Below are positions 1 through 11,779 of a DNA stretch of 64,000 bases, piece by piece. How positions within the stretch are numbered: position 1 is the first letter of the stretch; each line of letters starts with the position of its first letter. The DNA lies in NCBI RefSeq assembly GCF_001194135.2, contig NC_068984.1:92736839-92800838 (forward strand), read 5' to 3'. Below the pieces are notes generated by a model, which did not search any database, was not told where the DNA came from, and worked only from the letters and a program-made list of their open reading frames with translations. A program made the position numbers and the translations under genes. The DNA is from Octopus bimaculoides (taxonomy: Eukaryota).

Positions 1-56
<56 letters not shown>
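1..56. repeat. (TA)n microsatellite, representative of many (TA)n/(TG)n/(CA)n/(GAT)n tracts
   Basis: Direct reading. Confidence 0.95.
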
Positions 57-59
<3 letters not shown>

Positions 60-60
<1 letters not shown>

Positions 61-330
61 TAGATATACCCATGTTTGAATCTACATGTTTATATATATA
101 AATGTACGTGTATGTATGTGTGTAAGTGAGTGTAGTGAATTTTTAAACAAAGCATATGCGAGATTTTTGGAGGCTTGGTTTGAGAAAGAAAAGTGTTTTT
201 TTGGGATGGTATAAACCACATCAAGTTGAAAATATCGATGCACAGCGACAAAGGAAGAAATGCTATTTAATTTAAAATAGTCATTTTTATCATCTTAATC
301 AAAGGGCAGAAAAACAGAGAGTCCCTTCTG
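60..330. repeat. Dispersed repeat with local second copies (60-260 ~ 1660-1840; 285-325 ~ 1318-1352)
   Basis: Shared text such as gaatttttaaacaaag...tttttggaggcttggtttgagaaagaaa and tttatcatcttaatcaaagggcag; family not identified. Confidence 0.6.
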
Positions 331-559
331 GTGAGTTTATTTCAACTCCATGTTATACCTATAGAAGCCATCCGACAGCACAGGGAGGAAACAGTCAAAA
401 GTTTTTGCAATGCAACAGCAGATTAAGGGAGTAAAAAACGAAAGCATAGTAATTTTCTCTTTAAGAAAAAAAACAATTAAGTTGAAAATGTGACTTTGAA
501 GTGCCGACCCCCTTCCCCCCAAAGTCGAGTGAGTGGAAATAGATTACTATGATTATCTT

Positions 560-1000
560 TTTGAAATATGAGGTCAGCCCATCGCCACTTAATAGGATTC
601 TGACCTTTAAATAATTCCTTCATTTCTGCGAAATTGACTTTTTCATTCATACAGCAAAAGATGGCAATTTCTCCAGGAACTTTGAAAGCTCTACAATAGG
701 GGCATATTTGATTCATTTCTCCAAGAGAGCCATCAATATCTTGATGGTTGCAGAGACGATGGTGTTGGTTTTGAAGTCATTGAGCTTCTAATTTAAGTCG
801 TTTCTGTTCTTCATTTTCCTTCAGATGAACTTGCTGTTGTCTCATTCGATCTTGCTCTAGTCTTTCAGCCCTTTGATCATAATTTTCATTTAAATGTCGG
901 ATTTGTTGTCTTTCCAATCTACATTATCTCTGTTCTTCAGTTTCATGTCTTAATTGCTCTCTTTTTAATATCTAGATATCTTTCTCTGTTTAGTTGATAC
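560..1000 (-). mobile_element. Helitron Rep/helicase N-terminal fragment (decayed)
   Basis: Minus strand: E/Q/R-rich repeats (ETEEQR*CRLERQQIR, QRAERLEQDRMRQQ) leading into LGEMNQICPYCRAFKVPGEIAIFCCMNEKV, matching the CxxCxA-x5-E-x4-CCxxGKV motif of animal Helitron RepHel proteins; internal stop. Confidence 0.62.
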
Positions 1001-2039
1001 CTCTCCCTTTCTCTGGTCCTTTTGCCTTTGGGTGTTGGAAGGCTTGAACCAAGCCTTTTTGGTAGCATCTAGGAAAAATATTCTTATGAATTCTTATAAA
1101 AAATATCTCATAAAATATAGGGAGAATTTCTATCTTTCACTCCATGGCACTCTGAAAGTTGTTTGAATGATTAAGGGAAGAAAAAAGAAAGTAAATAAAA
1201 AGGAAAAGGTTGGACGGTGGTAGATGTGATGACTCTTTTTGAAGTGTTGCCATCACAAATCAACATTTTCAACTTAATATTTTTTCTTAAGAGGGAAATG
1301 ACTATTTTAGTTGTAATCTTTATCATCTTAATCAAAGGGCAGGAAAACAGACAAACTTTGAGTTTTAGTTTAATATAGACTCACACACACACACACACAT
1401 GTACACACACATGTACACACACACACATGTATGCACAAACAAGTGTGTGTATGGATTGCTTAAAGTGGTGTACAGATTTTATATTTTAAGAAAAAGGTGG
1501 TCAGGAATTGGATAAAAACTATTTATTTAGTGCTTTCATCCCTTTCAGGGATTCATCATGAATGGGTTGTTTATATGTGTGAGTTACTTGAAAAAAATCT
1601 GGTGTTGAATTATTTGTTTTCTCATGAAAAGGATGTTTTGAGAGTGGCTAGCTGAGATGTTCGTTGTTGTTTTGAATCTACATGTTTGTATATATAAATG
1701 TATGTGTATGTATGCGTGTGTAAGTGAGTGTGATGAATTTTTAAACAAAGTATATAAGATTTTTGGAGGCTTGGTTTGAGAAAGAAAGGTGTGTTTTTCT
1801 GGGATGGTATAAATTGATGACGTGCCAAACTTTTTATCACTTGCACTAAATTTCTTTAACAGGATATTTGGTCAGCTGTCATGTTGCCCAGCTGTAGAAA
1901 ATAGAATCTATCAAATTGCTTGAGAAGGCTTTTAAATGTGTGTGTGTGTGTATGTTTAAGCATATGTGTGTGTTGGTTGTTTAAGTGAATTTTTCCAGTT
2001 ATTTTAGTAACAGCAATGAGAACATTAATAATAATGTCC

Positions 2040-3146
2040 AGTGACTATCTGGTTTACTTCATCTGAGAAAGTAATTTTTTTAAGTAAAAATTTCTCATGA
2101 TTGTATAAATATACTTTTTACACGTTTTGTTCTGGTGAATTTTTTTTTTTAAATTTAGTTTCATTGCCATCCAGTGTTTTGGAGCATCACTTGGGCATTT
2201 ATAGAAAGGAAAAATCTTGAATCAACTATTTCCACATATTTCCAGATGTTTGCTCTGCAGAATCTTACATAATTCTTTTTGTTTGATATCTTGTGTATGG
2301 ATTCTTGCACATTATTAAGGGGGAATTGTTGGTTTCGCCAATATAATTTTCTTTGCAACTGGGGCAGGTTATGCAGTATATTAGATTTTGTGCCTTATGA
2401 TTCATATTTGCATTTATTTGGAAGGAGAATACACTTTTATATGAGAACCAGTATCCAAATATTTGAAATTGTTGTTGTTATTGTATATTCTACACCTTTT
2501 GTCTCAATGGAACATTCTGAATTATCTTCTGATGTAAATTTTGCCCTTGTGAGATGCTTTTAAAGATTTTTTTGGTTGATGTTTGACATTCCTTGAGATT
2601 TTCATCAACCAGTTTTTTTTCCATTTTGAGGCTTTGAAATAGTATTCATAGGTTTGATTTTGTAGCATTAAATATGTTGGTTACTCCTGAATCATGTGTT
2701 CATAAACAGAATAGTATTTTCTTCAACTTTTTTCATAGTTGTCCTCAGTTGTACAATGTCTAGTTTCATTGCTTTTATAATTCCATTTTTTATTAATTCT
2801 AAGGAGTAACTCTGTTCTTTTAGGGAGCCTTTAACTTCATTAAGTTGAATTTGACATATTTTGGGGTCAACCACTATTGCACAAATACATCTTGACATAC
2901 TATATGGAATGTTCCCTTTTTTCTCTTTTTTTTTTTTGTAATTTTTAACATATATTGGTTACTACTATGGAGTTACGTATCTTTATGTGGATGTCTAAGC
3001 ACTTTTGTCACTGGTTTCTGTCGTAAATTTGTTAGATTGGTGAATGGTCTTGCCAACTGTTCCTGCAATTTAAAGAGCCAGATACTTCAATTAAGCATTA
3101 CAAGAGAAGATAATGTTCTACAAACAACATTCAAATGCGGTAGGAT

Positions 3147-3148
<2 letters not shown>
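2040..3148 (-). mobile_element. Penelope-like element fragment (RT thumb and GIY-YIG), decayed
   Basis: RCICAIVVDPKICQIQLNEVKGSLKEQSYSLELIKNGIIKA (RT C-terminus) followed, across frameshifts, by [20 protein letters not shown] (GIY-YIG). Confidence 0.8.
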
Positions 3149-3184
<36 letters not shown>

Positions 3185-3199
3185 GTGTGTGTACGTGTG

Positions 3200-6100
3200 T
3201 AAACTAGTCTTTGCACACTCTGCCTGGTCATGTCAGAGTCAACTTTCCTGGTTGGAACAGGGTCCTGTCCACCCCCATTGGATACATGGTATGCAATCTT
3301 CTCAGCTCCGAGTCACTCAGTCAACACACCACAGCCACTCCTTACTCCAGATCCTCCGGCACCTGCAACCAGGCTTTCTTTACTCTAGTCAAGATGTCTG
3401 CTCTATTCCTCTCTGAGGGCACAAAAAAACACACTCAACCTCAGGTCAAACTCGGCAGCTAGCTCGCCCAGAATTCCCAGATGGCATTTTATCAGCATCT
3501 CTGCACCCCCTTTGGTTCACATCCTCTGCTTGCCTGTGATCACTGATCCCACCCATCTAAGTACAGTGGCCGAATCGGTCCAGATCTTGATGGTATGCAT
3601 CCCCCACCTCAGGGCCAGGTTCAGCCCTTTCAGCACAGCATCCAGCTCCACCACGTTGATGTGGTTGCAGTGTTCCTTCTTCCTAAGCCAGGATGCATCC
3701 TCCACCACGACACTGCCAATTTCCAGGACGACTCCTGTCACTATGCTGCTGGCATCACACCACACAATCCCCTTCTTCAATTTGGACACATACCAGTTCC
3801 CTCTTACTGGGTCCTCCGCAGACATCCTCTCCAAGACTTCTTGCATCATGGCGGTTGTCTTCTCGCCCACGTTATCACTCCACCTCACTCCTTCAGCTCG
3901 CCTCTCGATGAAGCTGCATGCCGTCCAGAGCCATCCTGCAATTGGGTAGTGTCCCAGCAGCTTCCCACACACAGAAAACAGTTCCCGCCACTTGTCTTTG
4001 AGCCCAGTTCTGGGATCTCATTCCTTCTCTGAAACACCAACACGCCAGCCTTGTCTCTCCATAACTTGAGTCCTAGGGCAGCTCATCCTTCCATCGCCTC
4101 CGGTGGTTTGGCAGTTAGCCCAAAACTCTCCAGGTGGCTTATGATCTCCTTTGCTGACACTATGCTTTCATCCACCAGGCCTTTCCCAGGATGGTTTTGA
4201 GAATTGTCGCCATAATTTTCGGTGCTGAATTCAGCCTGAATCCCAACCTGGTCAGGCAGTATGTCTGTCCCTTATACCTTACCAGCTGATATTTCTACAG
4301 TCTCTCAGCCACATGCAGCTGCAGGTATGCCAACTTCAAATCGATGATTGTGGAGACTCCCGTCATCTACCTCCACTCTCTCAAGGTTTCGCTACAAATG
4401 TCCGTAGCTTCACCACCCGTATGGCACAATACGTGATCGTTCAGCTCTCAGAAATCCAATACTGGTCTGACTTTATGTTTCGTCGGCTGCACCACTGCCA
4501 TGAGCAGTAGCACTCCAGTCTTCACTTCCTCCTCCCAAGGAATCAGAATACCTTCCTTGAACCACTGGTCCACCTTTCCTTCGAACTCACTTCTGGCATC
4601 CCCTTTCAGGGTATGCTGATAGCAGCCTACTGCGTTTTTCAATGTCGGAGGATCTCCCTTCCAGTACCATTCCACTGTCCACTACCGGCCATCAAACACA
4701 GCTCAAAAATCTTTATCTGTGATGGTGTGTGCAGCATATTTTTATTCACAGCTCTCACCACTTTCCTGTCATGAACTCACAGCGCATAGCGTCCCCACAT
4801 CACTGAACATTACACCGGGTTCATTGACTGTAACATCTCCCAAGCAGACAATGGCATCTATCCCCATCACGACATTGATCCCATCCACTACATGATCAAT
4901 CACAATAGCCCGCAACCTCAGTCTTGTTCCTCGTACCTCCATCTCCACATTGCTATTTCCTCTGCATTTAACTTCCTCACTGTCAACAGCCCTTACACTA
5001 CTCACTCCACTCCATTCTTCTACCACTTCTGGAGTCATTAGAGTTGTTGAGCAGCCCGTGTTCATGAGGGCTCATGACACCTTTCCATTCACCACAACTT
5101 CTACTACTGGTAACGACTGTATATGCGCCTCTATTTTTTCAACGGGATGACTACTGGTGTAGTAGTCTCCCTTGGATTGTTTCTCTGCATGCATTCACTA
5201 GCGATGTGGCCAATCTGTCTGCATCAATAGCAAATTATTCCAGGCCTGGGTTCCTTGCAGTCCCTCATCATGTGTGAACCCTGACACCGAAAACACTGCC
5301 CTTTGAATAGTCACACACGTTCCTTGTTTGACCCCTCTCCGCCGCTCTTTGTTTGACCCCTTCTTGGTGTTGCAGTCGCTGCCAAAGGTGTCATCCTGTA
5401 ACACAAGACAATGGCTCTGACCCGAGATATTACCTCTCCCATTGCCATAGAGTGAATGTTTGGCAGCTTTTGCAGCTTGACTGACATATGGTCAGGAAAT
5501 CCTGTCACAAAGGCTAATTTTATGGTTTGTTCTAATGCGCCATCTCTATCTCCCACGAGTCTAGCCAATCTCCCGATTTCATTGGTAAACACATCGACCT
5601 GTTCACCCATCCACTTTACTCTCCACAGTCGACTATATGCCATAAATGGCCCTTCTGTGAAAGCCTCCATCAGCCGGCCTTCTGTTTTTTCTGCGCTCAA
5701 CTGGTCCTTCTCCTCCATTTTGAGGTATAGTGCCAACGCCAATCCATCGAGGTACAACAGTATAAAACTTGCTAAATCATCTATACCCTGGAGTCTTGCC
5801 ACCAACTTACTCTTTTGCAGCCAAGCGGTCACATCTCCCTTGCCGCAAAATGGCCTAACAGTCGCATTCGAAACATGGACCATACCCATCATTTTTTATT
5901 ATTTTTCTTTTCGAGCCAAAATAGCTTGTGATGTAAAGGAAGAAAAAAGACAGAAGTGAAGAGAGAAGTATGGTAGTCTTACCTGTCGGTCTGGAAAAAG
6001 GGTCACTTTCAACATCCACGTGCTGTCTTGATCTCCAAGGTTCACTCCACTCCCATGTGTACTATCTGTCGCTGTACAGTCTCCCACGTCTGCTGCCAAC

Positions 6101-6239
6101 TGGCCCCTCGCACTTCACTGATGCTGCATTTCCACCACGGCACTTCTGGTGGGATCCACAGGCCCCACTTCCGACAGGACATGCCTACTCCCTCACTTCC
6201 GATCCTTCCCTACAACACAGCCTGGGTCATAACACCACA
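3200..6239 (-). mobile_element. LTR retrotransposon, 3'-truncated (LTR, gag with CCHC knuckles, protease, RT, RNase H, start of integrase)
   Basis: Gag ORF 5311-5892; knuckle-like CFRCQGSHMMRDC and ICY*CRQIGHIASEC; protease ALMNTGCSTT; RT RPVLDF, IIDLKLAYLQL, LTRLGFRLNSAPKIM; RNase H WCDASS, HINVVELDAV, WTDSATV; integrase start LHTMYPMGVDRTL. Domain order PR-RT-RH-IN; many frameshifts and stops. Confidence 0.88.
5929..6239 (-). repeat. Putative 5' LTR of the retrotransposon (TG...CA, ~310 bp)
   Basis: Begins TGTGGTGTTATG exactly where hAT coding similarity stops and ends TTTACATCA ~40 nt before gag. No second LTR and no clear PBS seen. Confidence 0.55.
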
Positions 6240-7630
6240 GTGGCACTTTTGGCCCTCAAAATATCTTTGCCTATAGAGAATAGGCGCTCAACTGCAGCAC
6301 TGAATGGGATGGCGGTGTTATACTTGTTGGTGAACAGGTCAATCAAGACCTACTGACCCAAAAAGGCGACTTCAGTCAGGATCTCCTTTAAGATGGCCTC
6401 CAGCCAGGTCTTCACCAAGTTCTTTGCTTTGAACTTCAGTGATCTGTGGCTCCTGCTCTCCTGGAACCGAGTGATGTTGCTGAAGAAATCATCTTCTTCC
6501 TCATTCTCATTGCTGGTGGTCGTGCTACCCTCCTCATTGGTCTCCATGGCATTCGTTACTCTGCTAACCTGGCTGCTATTATACTGCTCCATCCAGAACA
6601 GGCAAAACTTGGGGTGGAAGGCATTGGCCAGCTGGCACTCCAGGTCTTCCGGGAGGAGCCCAAACCTTTTTGTGATGTCTGCCAGTATCGCGTCTACCAG
6701 AGGACTGTAGTACAAGAGATGCTTGAACTTGGCCACCTTCAACTTTATAGCGGTAGCTGCTACAGTTGGCAGAAGGCTCCCGAGATAGGCCTGGTCCTCT
6801 CCTTGGACTTTATCTAAAGCTTTGGCAACATTAGACATCACCTGGGCATACCCCATCAGGAAGTTGACATCAAAATCAGTGAAGGTCTGCAGTATCAGCT
6901 GTGTCATCACCCCATGAACAGCTTCCCTATTCTTCTCCAGCAGTTTGTTGAGGATAGCAACAGAGTCATAGGTATAGTTCCATCTGGTACTGTTGGGGAC
7001 TACCAGCCCCCTCTTCAGTGTGTCCAGAATACTGTCTGCTACCACTGTGCTGCGGCACTGTATATTCCACAGCCGCTGTGCCTTGGACATGGTCTTCCTG
7101 TAGGTCAACTTGAACGAAGCACTGTCAAGAGCCTTGTCAGCATCCATGCTGGCTACCAAGCTGGAGGTATGGGCTGTGTACTTCAAGCAGAAGTACTGGT
7201 AGGTTGAGGCCCAGATCACTGAACTCATCAAGGGCGGCATCAATAGAGATGTACTCAATTTCGTCAACATCCCCACCCTCAGGATCCACATCCAGGTCCA
7301 CATCTTCAATGCTCTCCATGTCTGGATCGGCAGCAGCCTCAGGAATGTCTGGCAAGAGTTCAACTTCTGTACAAACTGCATAAATGCTTTGACAAAATTT
7401 TTGCCATTGTTTGTTGTGGTCCTTGTCACCTTGTCTGGCAAATGGAACTTGTAATGGGTGTCCACCATGGTCTGGGCGAGAACATCAAAGGAGCAGGCCA
7501 GGACGGTGTGTTGTCTCATGCAGGTCTGGGGTCCAGCCAGGGTGCCATCATCTCCAGGTAGGACCTGTTGTGGACCAACCAGCAGTCCGCAGTGGTCACC
7601 ACTCAGGGGATGTTCCTGAGCAATTTGTAA
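6240..7630 (-). mobile_element. hAT transposase, catalytic and dimerisation part (pseudogene)
   Basis: VVTTADCW..HNRSYL, TTNNGKNFVKAF, YTAHTSSLVAS (CxxH position), NSTRWN, AFHPKF, KYNTAIPFSAAVERLFSIGKDILRAK; stops, frameshifts, D-to-N change at a catalytic position. Confidence 0.88.
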
Positions 7631-7680
7631 TTAAAAAATGTTAAATTGTAAAAAGACATAAGTTTTAAAGTTAAAAACTT

Positions 7681-7716
<36 letters not shown>

Positions 7717-7719
<3 letters not shown>

Positions 7720-7982
7720 AAATCTCTGAACGAGGTGTTAACAGTAACTGCACGATAAAGTGAAGTATATTTGCCATTTAAATGTGGCTGACCCCTAAGG
7801 GTGGATGTTACTGTTGCTTTTAGCCCCAGGAGAACATCTCCTCCAGCTGGCTTATCGACACATATCTGTGTCCTGTCTATTTTTGCCAAGGGAAGTTATC
7901 ACTCCCATCTTGATCTGCGATACGTATGGACCCGAGTTTCAGGGTTATTTCCCTTCTTCAGCGTACGATCTAACATTGCTTG
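7717..7982 (-). mobile_element. Retrozyme-like non-coding repeat, copy 1 (runs into assembly gap)
   Basis: Same sequence as 55860-56415; starts right after (TA)n; contains hammerhead motif 7923-7967. Confidence 0.7.
7923..7967 (-). ncRNA. Type I hammerhead ribozyme motif
   Basis: Minus strand CGTACG-CTGAAGA-AGGG(AAATAA)CCCT-GAA-AC(TCGG)GT-C^-CATACG: intact core, 4-bp stem II, GUC triplet, stem I 5/6 paired. Confidence 0.78.
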
Positions 7983-9299
7983 NNNNNNNNNNNNNNNNNN
8001 NNNNNNNNNNNNNNNNNNNNNNNNNNNNNNNNNNNNNNNNNNNNNNNNNNNNNNNNNNNNNNNNNNNNNNNNNNNNNNNNNNNNNNNNNNNNNNNNNNNN
8101 NNNNNNNNNNNNNNNNNNNNNNNNNNNNNNNNNNNNNNNNNNNNNNNNNNNNNNNNNNNNNNNNNNNNNNNNNNNNNNNNNNNNNNNNNNNNNNNNNNNN
8201 NNNNNNNNNNNNNNNNNNNNNNNNNNNNNNNNNNNNNNNNNNNNNNNNNNNNNNNNNNNNNNNNNNNNNNNNNNNNNNNNNNNNNNNNNNNNNNNNNNNN
8301 NNNNNNNNNNNNNNNNNNNNNNNNNNNNNNNNNNNNNNNNNNNNNNNNTAAAGGAAAAACAAAAACCAAGGCAGAAGGAGCATCTCAAGCCATTTAGAAT
8401 AATTTAATTAGGGTAAGGTGAATTCGAAGTCTTACAGCTGTTTCTGGAATAACCCAAGTGGTTGGCTAGCATGTCCATGCACTGGTCACCCTGTCATCAG
8501 AGATGAGATTTGAAAATTCTAGACAGGGAAAATTTACAGTTTACAAGGAATGAAATAGATTAACAGTTAATAAGGAATAAATTAGAAGTATAGAAGAGTA
8601 AATAGAAGAATAAAGAGTAAAGGTAGTTAGAAGAATAATACAGGCAGGAAAATAATGTTCACAATTCATCTTTCTCCAGAGGATAGGGATGTTGGTCAGT
8701 ACTTCTATGAAGGTAGAGGTCCTTAGTTAAAATCCCAGGTAAATTCAGGCAGTATTTGGCTGTTATTTTGAATGAGGTATTCATATTGAGGTGATAGATA
8801 GTATGTACATACTATCTGATCCCTAGATCCAGCCTCAGCTGTGAACTTGAAATCAAACTGGCAATCAACTATAGCACTTACTCAGCGTACCTATTCGTTT
8901 AGATCACCAGTGAACTAAACCCCCTCATATTCTTTATATATATATATATACCGGAGTAAGCACATAAATGTGCAACAAGGTGGAAAAAAGAGTACTCAAA
9001 TACCAGAGGTAAAGTAATATGCTTCCAATAAAACTGTCCAATGAACGGGAAAGTGAAACTCCGAGTAACAGTTTTTTGTTATAGTTCTGCTGCTTTTAAA
9101 TAAAGTATATATATATAAACTGACACAGCGTATGATCAAAGCCTACCAAAAAAAAAAAAAAAAACTAACCTGTCATCCGTATCTCCATGTAAGCTGCAAT
9201 GGTTTTGTGAGCATGTAGTTTGTACAATTTTGGGTGGGTAAAAGGAGGTAGAACATTTGATCTCAATATCTTATAACCATATTTTGTTTATAGAAATCA

Positions 9300-10440
9300 C
9301 ACAGATTGTAGTTTAACATTTGTTACTAGGCTCTTTTAAATTCATGTTAATGTTGCTTATAATTTAAATCCTTATTAAACTTTTGAAAATAGCAACACAA
9401 CTCTGATAGGTGACACATTGTGGAGGGGATGAATAACCGAGATGGGGGAGGGAATAATGGTTGGAATTTGAGTCCAGAACTTAAGGTTTGTTTATTTGTT
9501 TTATATATTACACTACTATATTTGAGAGATGAGGAATTATGTACATTATTTACATCTGACTGATATTTGTCCTCATCTTGTTTGATGTACTCTCCAGCCT
9601 TCATCAGGTGTCCTAGGGGAATTTCGAGCCTGGGTTCTCATTTTTAAGGAATTTTCCGATGTTGTTGTTGTTATTATTATTATTATTATTCAGGTCACTG
9701 CCTGGAATCAAACTCGGAGTCTTGGGGTTAGTAGCCTGTGCCCTTAAGCACTAAGCCTGTGGGCAATTATGGAGTGAATTTTAGGGCTTATAAATCTAAT
9801 ATTTTCTTATCCTTCCTTAATATCAGTTTCTATATGCTACTCATATCTGCTTAGGAGGTTATTATGTTGTAGCATATGTGCTTCCTCTTTTGGCTTTCGT
9901 ATTTTCCAGTGGTGTTCTCTGAATAGAAGTCATGATTTTGATACACACCATGAAGAAATGATCAAGCTAAGTAACAATCTATCAAGCAACGACTACCCCA
10001 AGAGAGGATGAAATCCATAAACTGACCACAGTCTGACTACCCTATGTGAAAGGCCTCTCCGAAAAGACACAAAAAATATGTGGTCCATATGACATCAGTA
10101 CAGTATTTAAGAGTACTACAACACTTTGCAAATATCTCCTTTGAATAAAACTACCAATAGAAGAGAATATGACCAAAGACTGCGTGTACTCCATCCCATG
10201 CAGCTGTGGTGGGTTATACAAAGGCAAAATATGCTGCCCCCTCAAAATAAGGGTAGAGGAACATTGCACAGCTGTGACACGAGGAGATATTGATAAATCA
10301 GGTATAGCTGACCATGTATGGAAAAACGGAGACCATGTCCCCCTGTGCATTCGTCCAGGACACCTGATGAAGGCTGGAGAGTACATCAGCTGAATCATGT
10401 TAAAAACAAACATGATAAGGACAAATATCTGTCAAATGTA
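9300..10440 (+). mobile_element. Penelope-like fragment (GIY-YIG and terminal repeat) with an inverted partial copy of the terminal repeat at ~9530-9620
   Basis: KDCVYSIPCSCGGLYKGK...LKIRVEEH...KSGIADHVW; CTGATGAAGGCTGGAGAGTACATCA at 10364 and its reverse complement at ~9580-9607. Confidence 0.7.
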
Positions 10441-10636
10441 AATAATGGAATATATATATATATATATATATACTACATATTATGTATTATAACATTTATT
10501 TCAATTACCTATTATACACTTTATTATATTAATTAAGAAAATAATTATTTAATGAATAATTAAATTAAATTAAGAAAATAGAACTACGCCATAATAATAA
10601 TTTAATAAACTTGTATAATTTTAATTTATAAATATC

Positions 10637-11657
10637 TTGTAAGATACTCCTCCAGCTGTTTATGGCTGTCCAAGATCATCCTGTTCAAGGTTTAGTGGGT
10701 CATCGATGTCCTGCTGAGTTTCAGTGTCTTGACCAGGCCAACAAAGGTGAATGACTCCACTACATGCAATGGTAGCATATTGTTGACAAATAGGTCTATG
10801 ATACTTCTGTTCACCATAGACTGACAGATGCCAATGCTAGCAGTTTGGGCAAACGCCTTGCCAATGCTTTGCCAATGCTGGGCTGGCATGCTTTCTTTGC
10901 AAATGGCTGTGACAACTGGCTACTGGCACTGCTACCAGAAGATTGCCTGTGTTTCCCACAGGAAGAGCCAACCTTGATCCTTTCCTCAAACTGGATGGCA
11001 TGCGCTAGGTATTTCCTTTTGACATGTGACTTCAAGTTGTAGAGGCTTGCCACTTGTCTCTTGATGGTGGTCTGCTTGGGCTGACACATGACACACCGGA
11101 AGTACAGGATTTCTCTTAACCCTTGGCGTAAGAACAAAATAGTCCTCCATGGGGGGGGGGCACAGGTTCTGAGAGTCTTGGCTCTCAACCTGAGTGACCT
11201 CTGCCTCACCAATAGCTGTTGCAGACACCTCAGCAGGCAACTTCATCCTCAAGCCAAACAAAAATGTCTTCACCTTCCATAATGATAAGTGATAACTTGA
11301 TAAGCATATAATGAACATTGCTGTCACTGACATTGTAAGACTGTCTGTAATGGGACAACGTCATAGCTCAAAACTGAAGAATTACACAATGTTGTTCAGC
11401 TAGCTGTTGCTGCATCGACCAGTCATGTCTTGTCATGTGTACACATAGTCAGCCGATAGCATGTCTGACTGACTTTTCAAGACACGCCCACAACAGACAG
11501 GAACAAATGTATGAAGTTTGTTAGTGGAACTAAATTTAGCAGAAGCTAATTGGTCTGCTAAAGGTTTCCAAAGTTAGCAAAAACGTTAATCCGCTAAACG
11601 AAAAGTTAGCTTCGCTAATTAGCTGTTAGCAGATTAGCAGAACCGTGTACACCACTG
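10637..11657 (-). mobile_element. hAT transposon 5' end and N-terminal transposase (BED finger); same element as 6240-7630
   Basis: YFRCVMCQPK...NLKSHVKRKY (BED-like), IIDLFVNNMLPLHVVESFTFVGLVKTL. Terminus CAGTGGTG at 11657 with subterminal GCTAA repeats. Protein continues into the 7630 fragment (KQLEEYLT / LLRNIP*VVTTAD). Confidence 0.82.
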
Positions 11658-11779
11658 TCAGTCAGCATAGTTGTTGAAGAGAATTTAAAATGTAGTCAAG
11701 TGACTACATTCAGACTTAAATTTAAATAAACATTGTCCTTGCTATTTATTTAATTGAATTAAATAGTTATTTTGATGGA

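Noticed and set aside
6350-7519. 389-aa ORF as a domesticated hAT-derived gene
   Set aside because: Internal frameshifted segment, mutated catalytic Asp and CxxH, flanking stops, and a severed N-terminus.
7788-7870. HDV-like ribozyme resemblance (GGCTGA…TTAGCC; CTCCTCCAGCTGGC)
   Set aside because: P3 does not pair properly, there is no P1.1 GG after P1, and element order does not fit the nested double pseudoknot.
7801-8407. Long ORFs containing X runs (also 14136-14630, 24933-26088, 33602-34142, 39535-39988, 41695-41929)
   Set aside because: They are open only because they cross assembly gaps.
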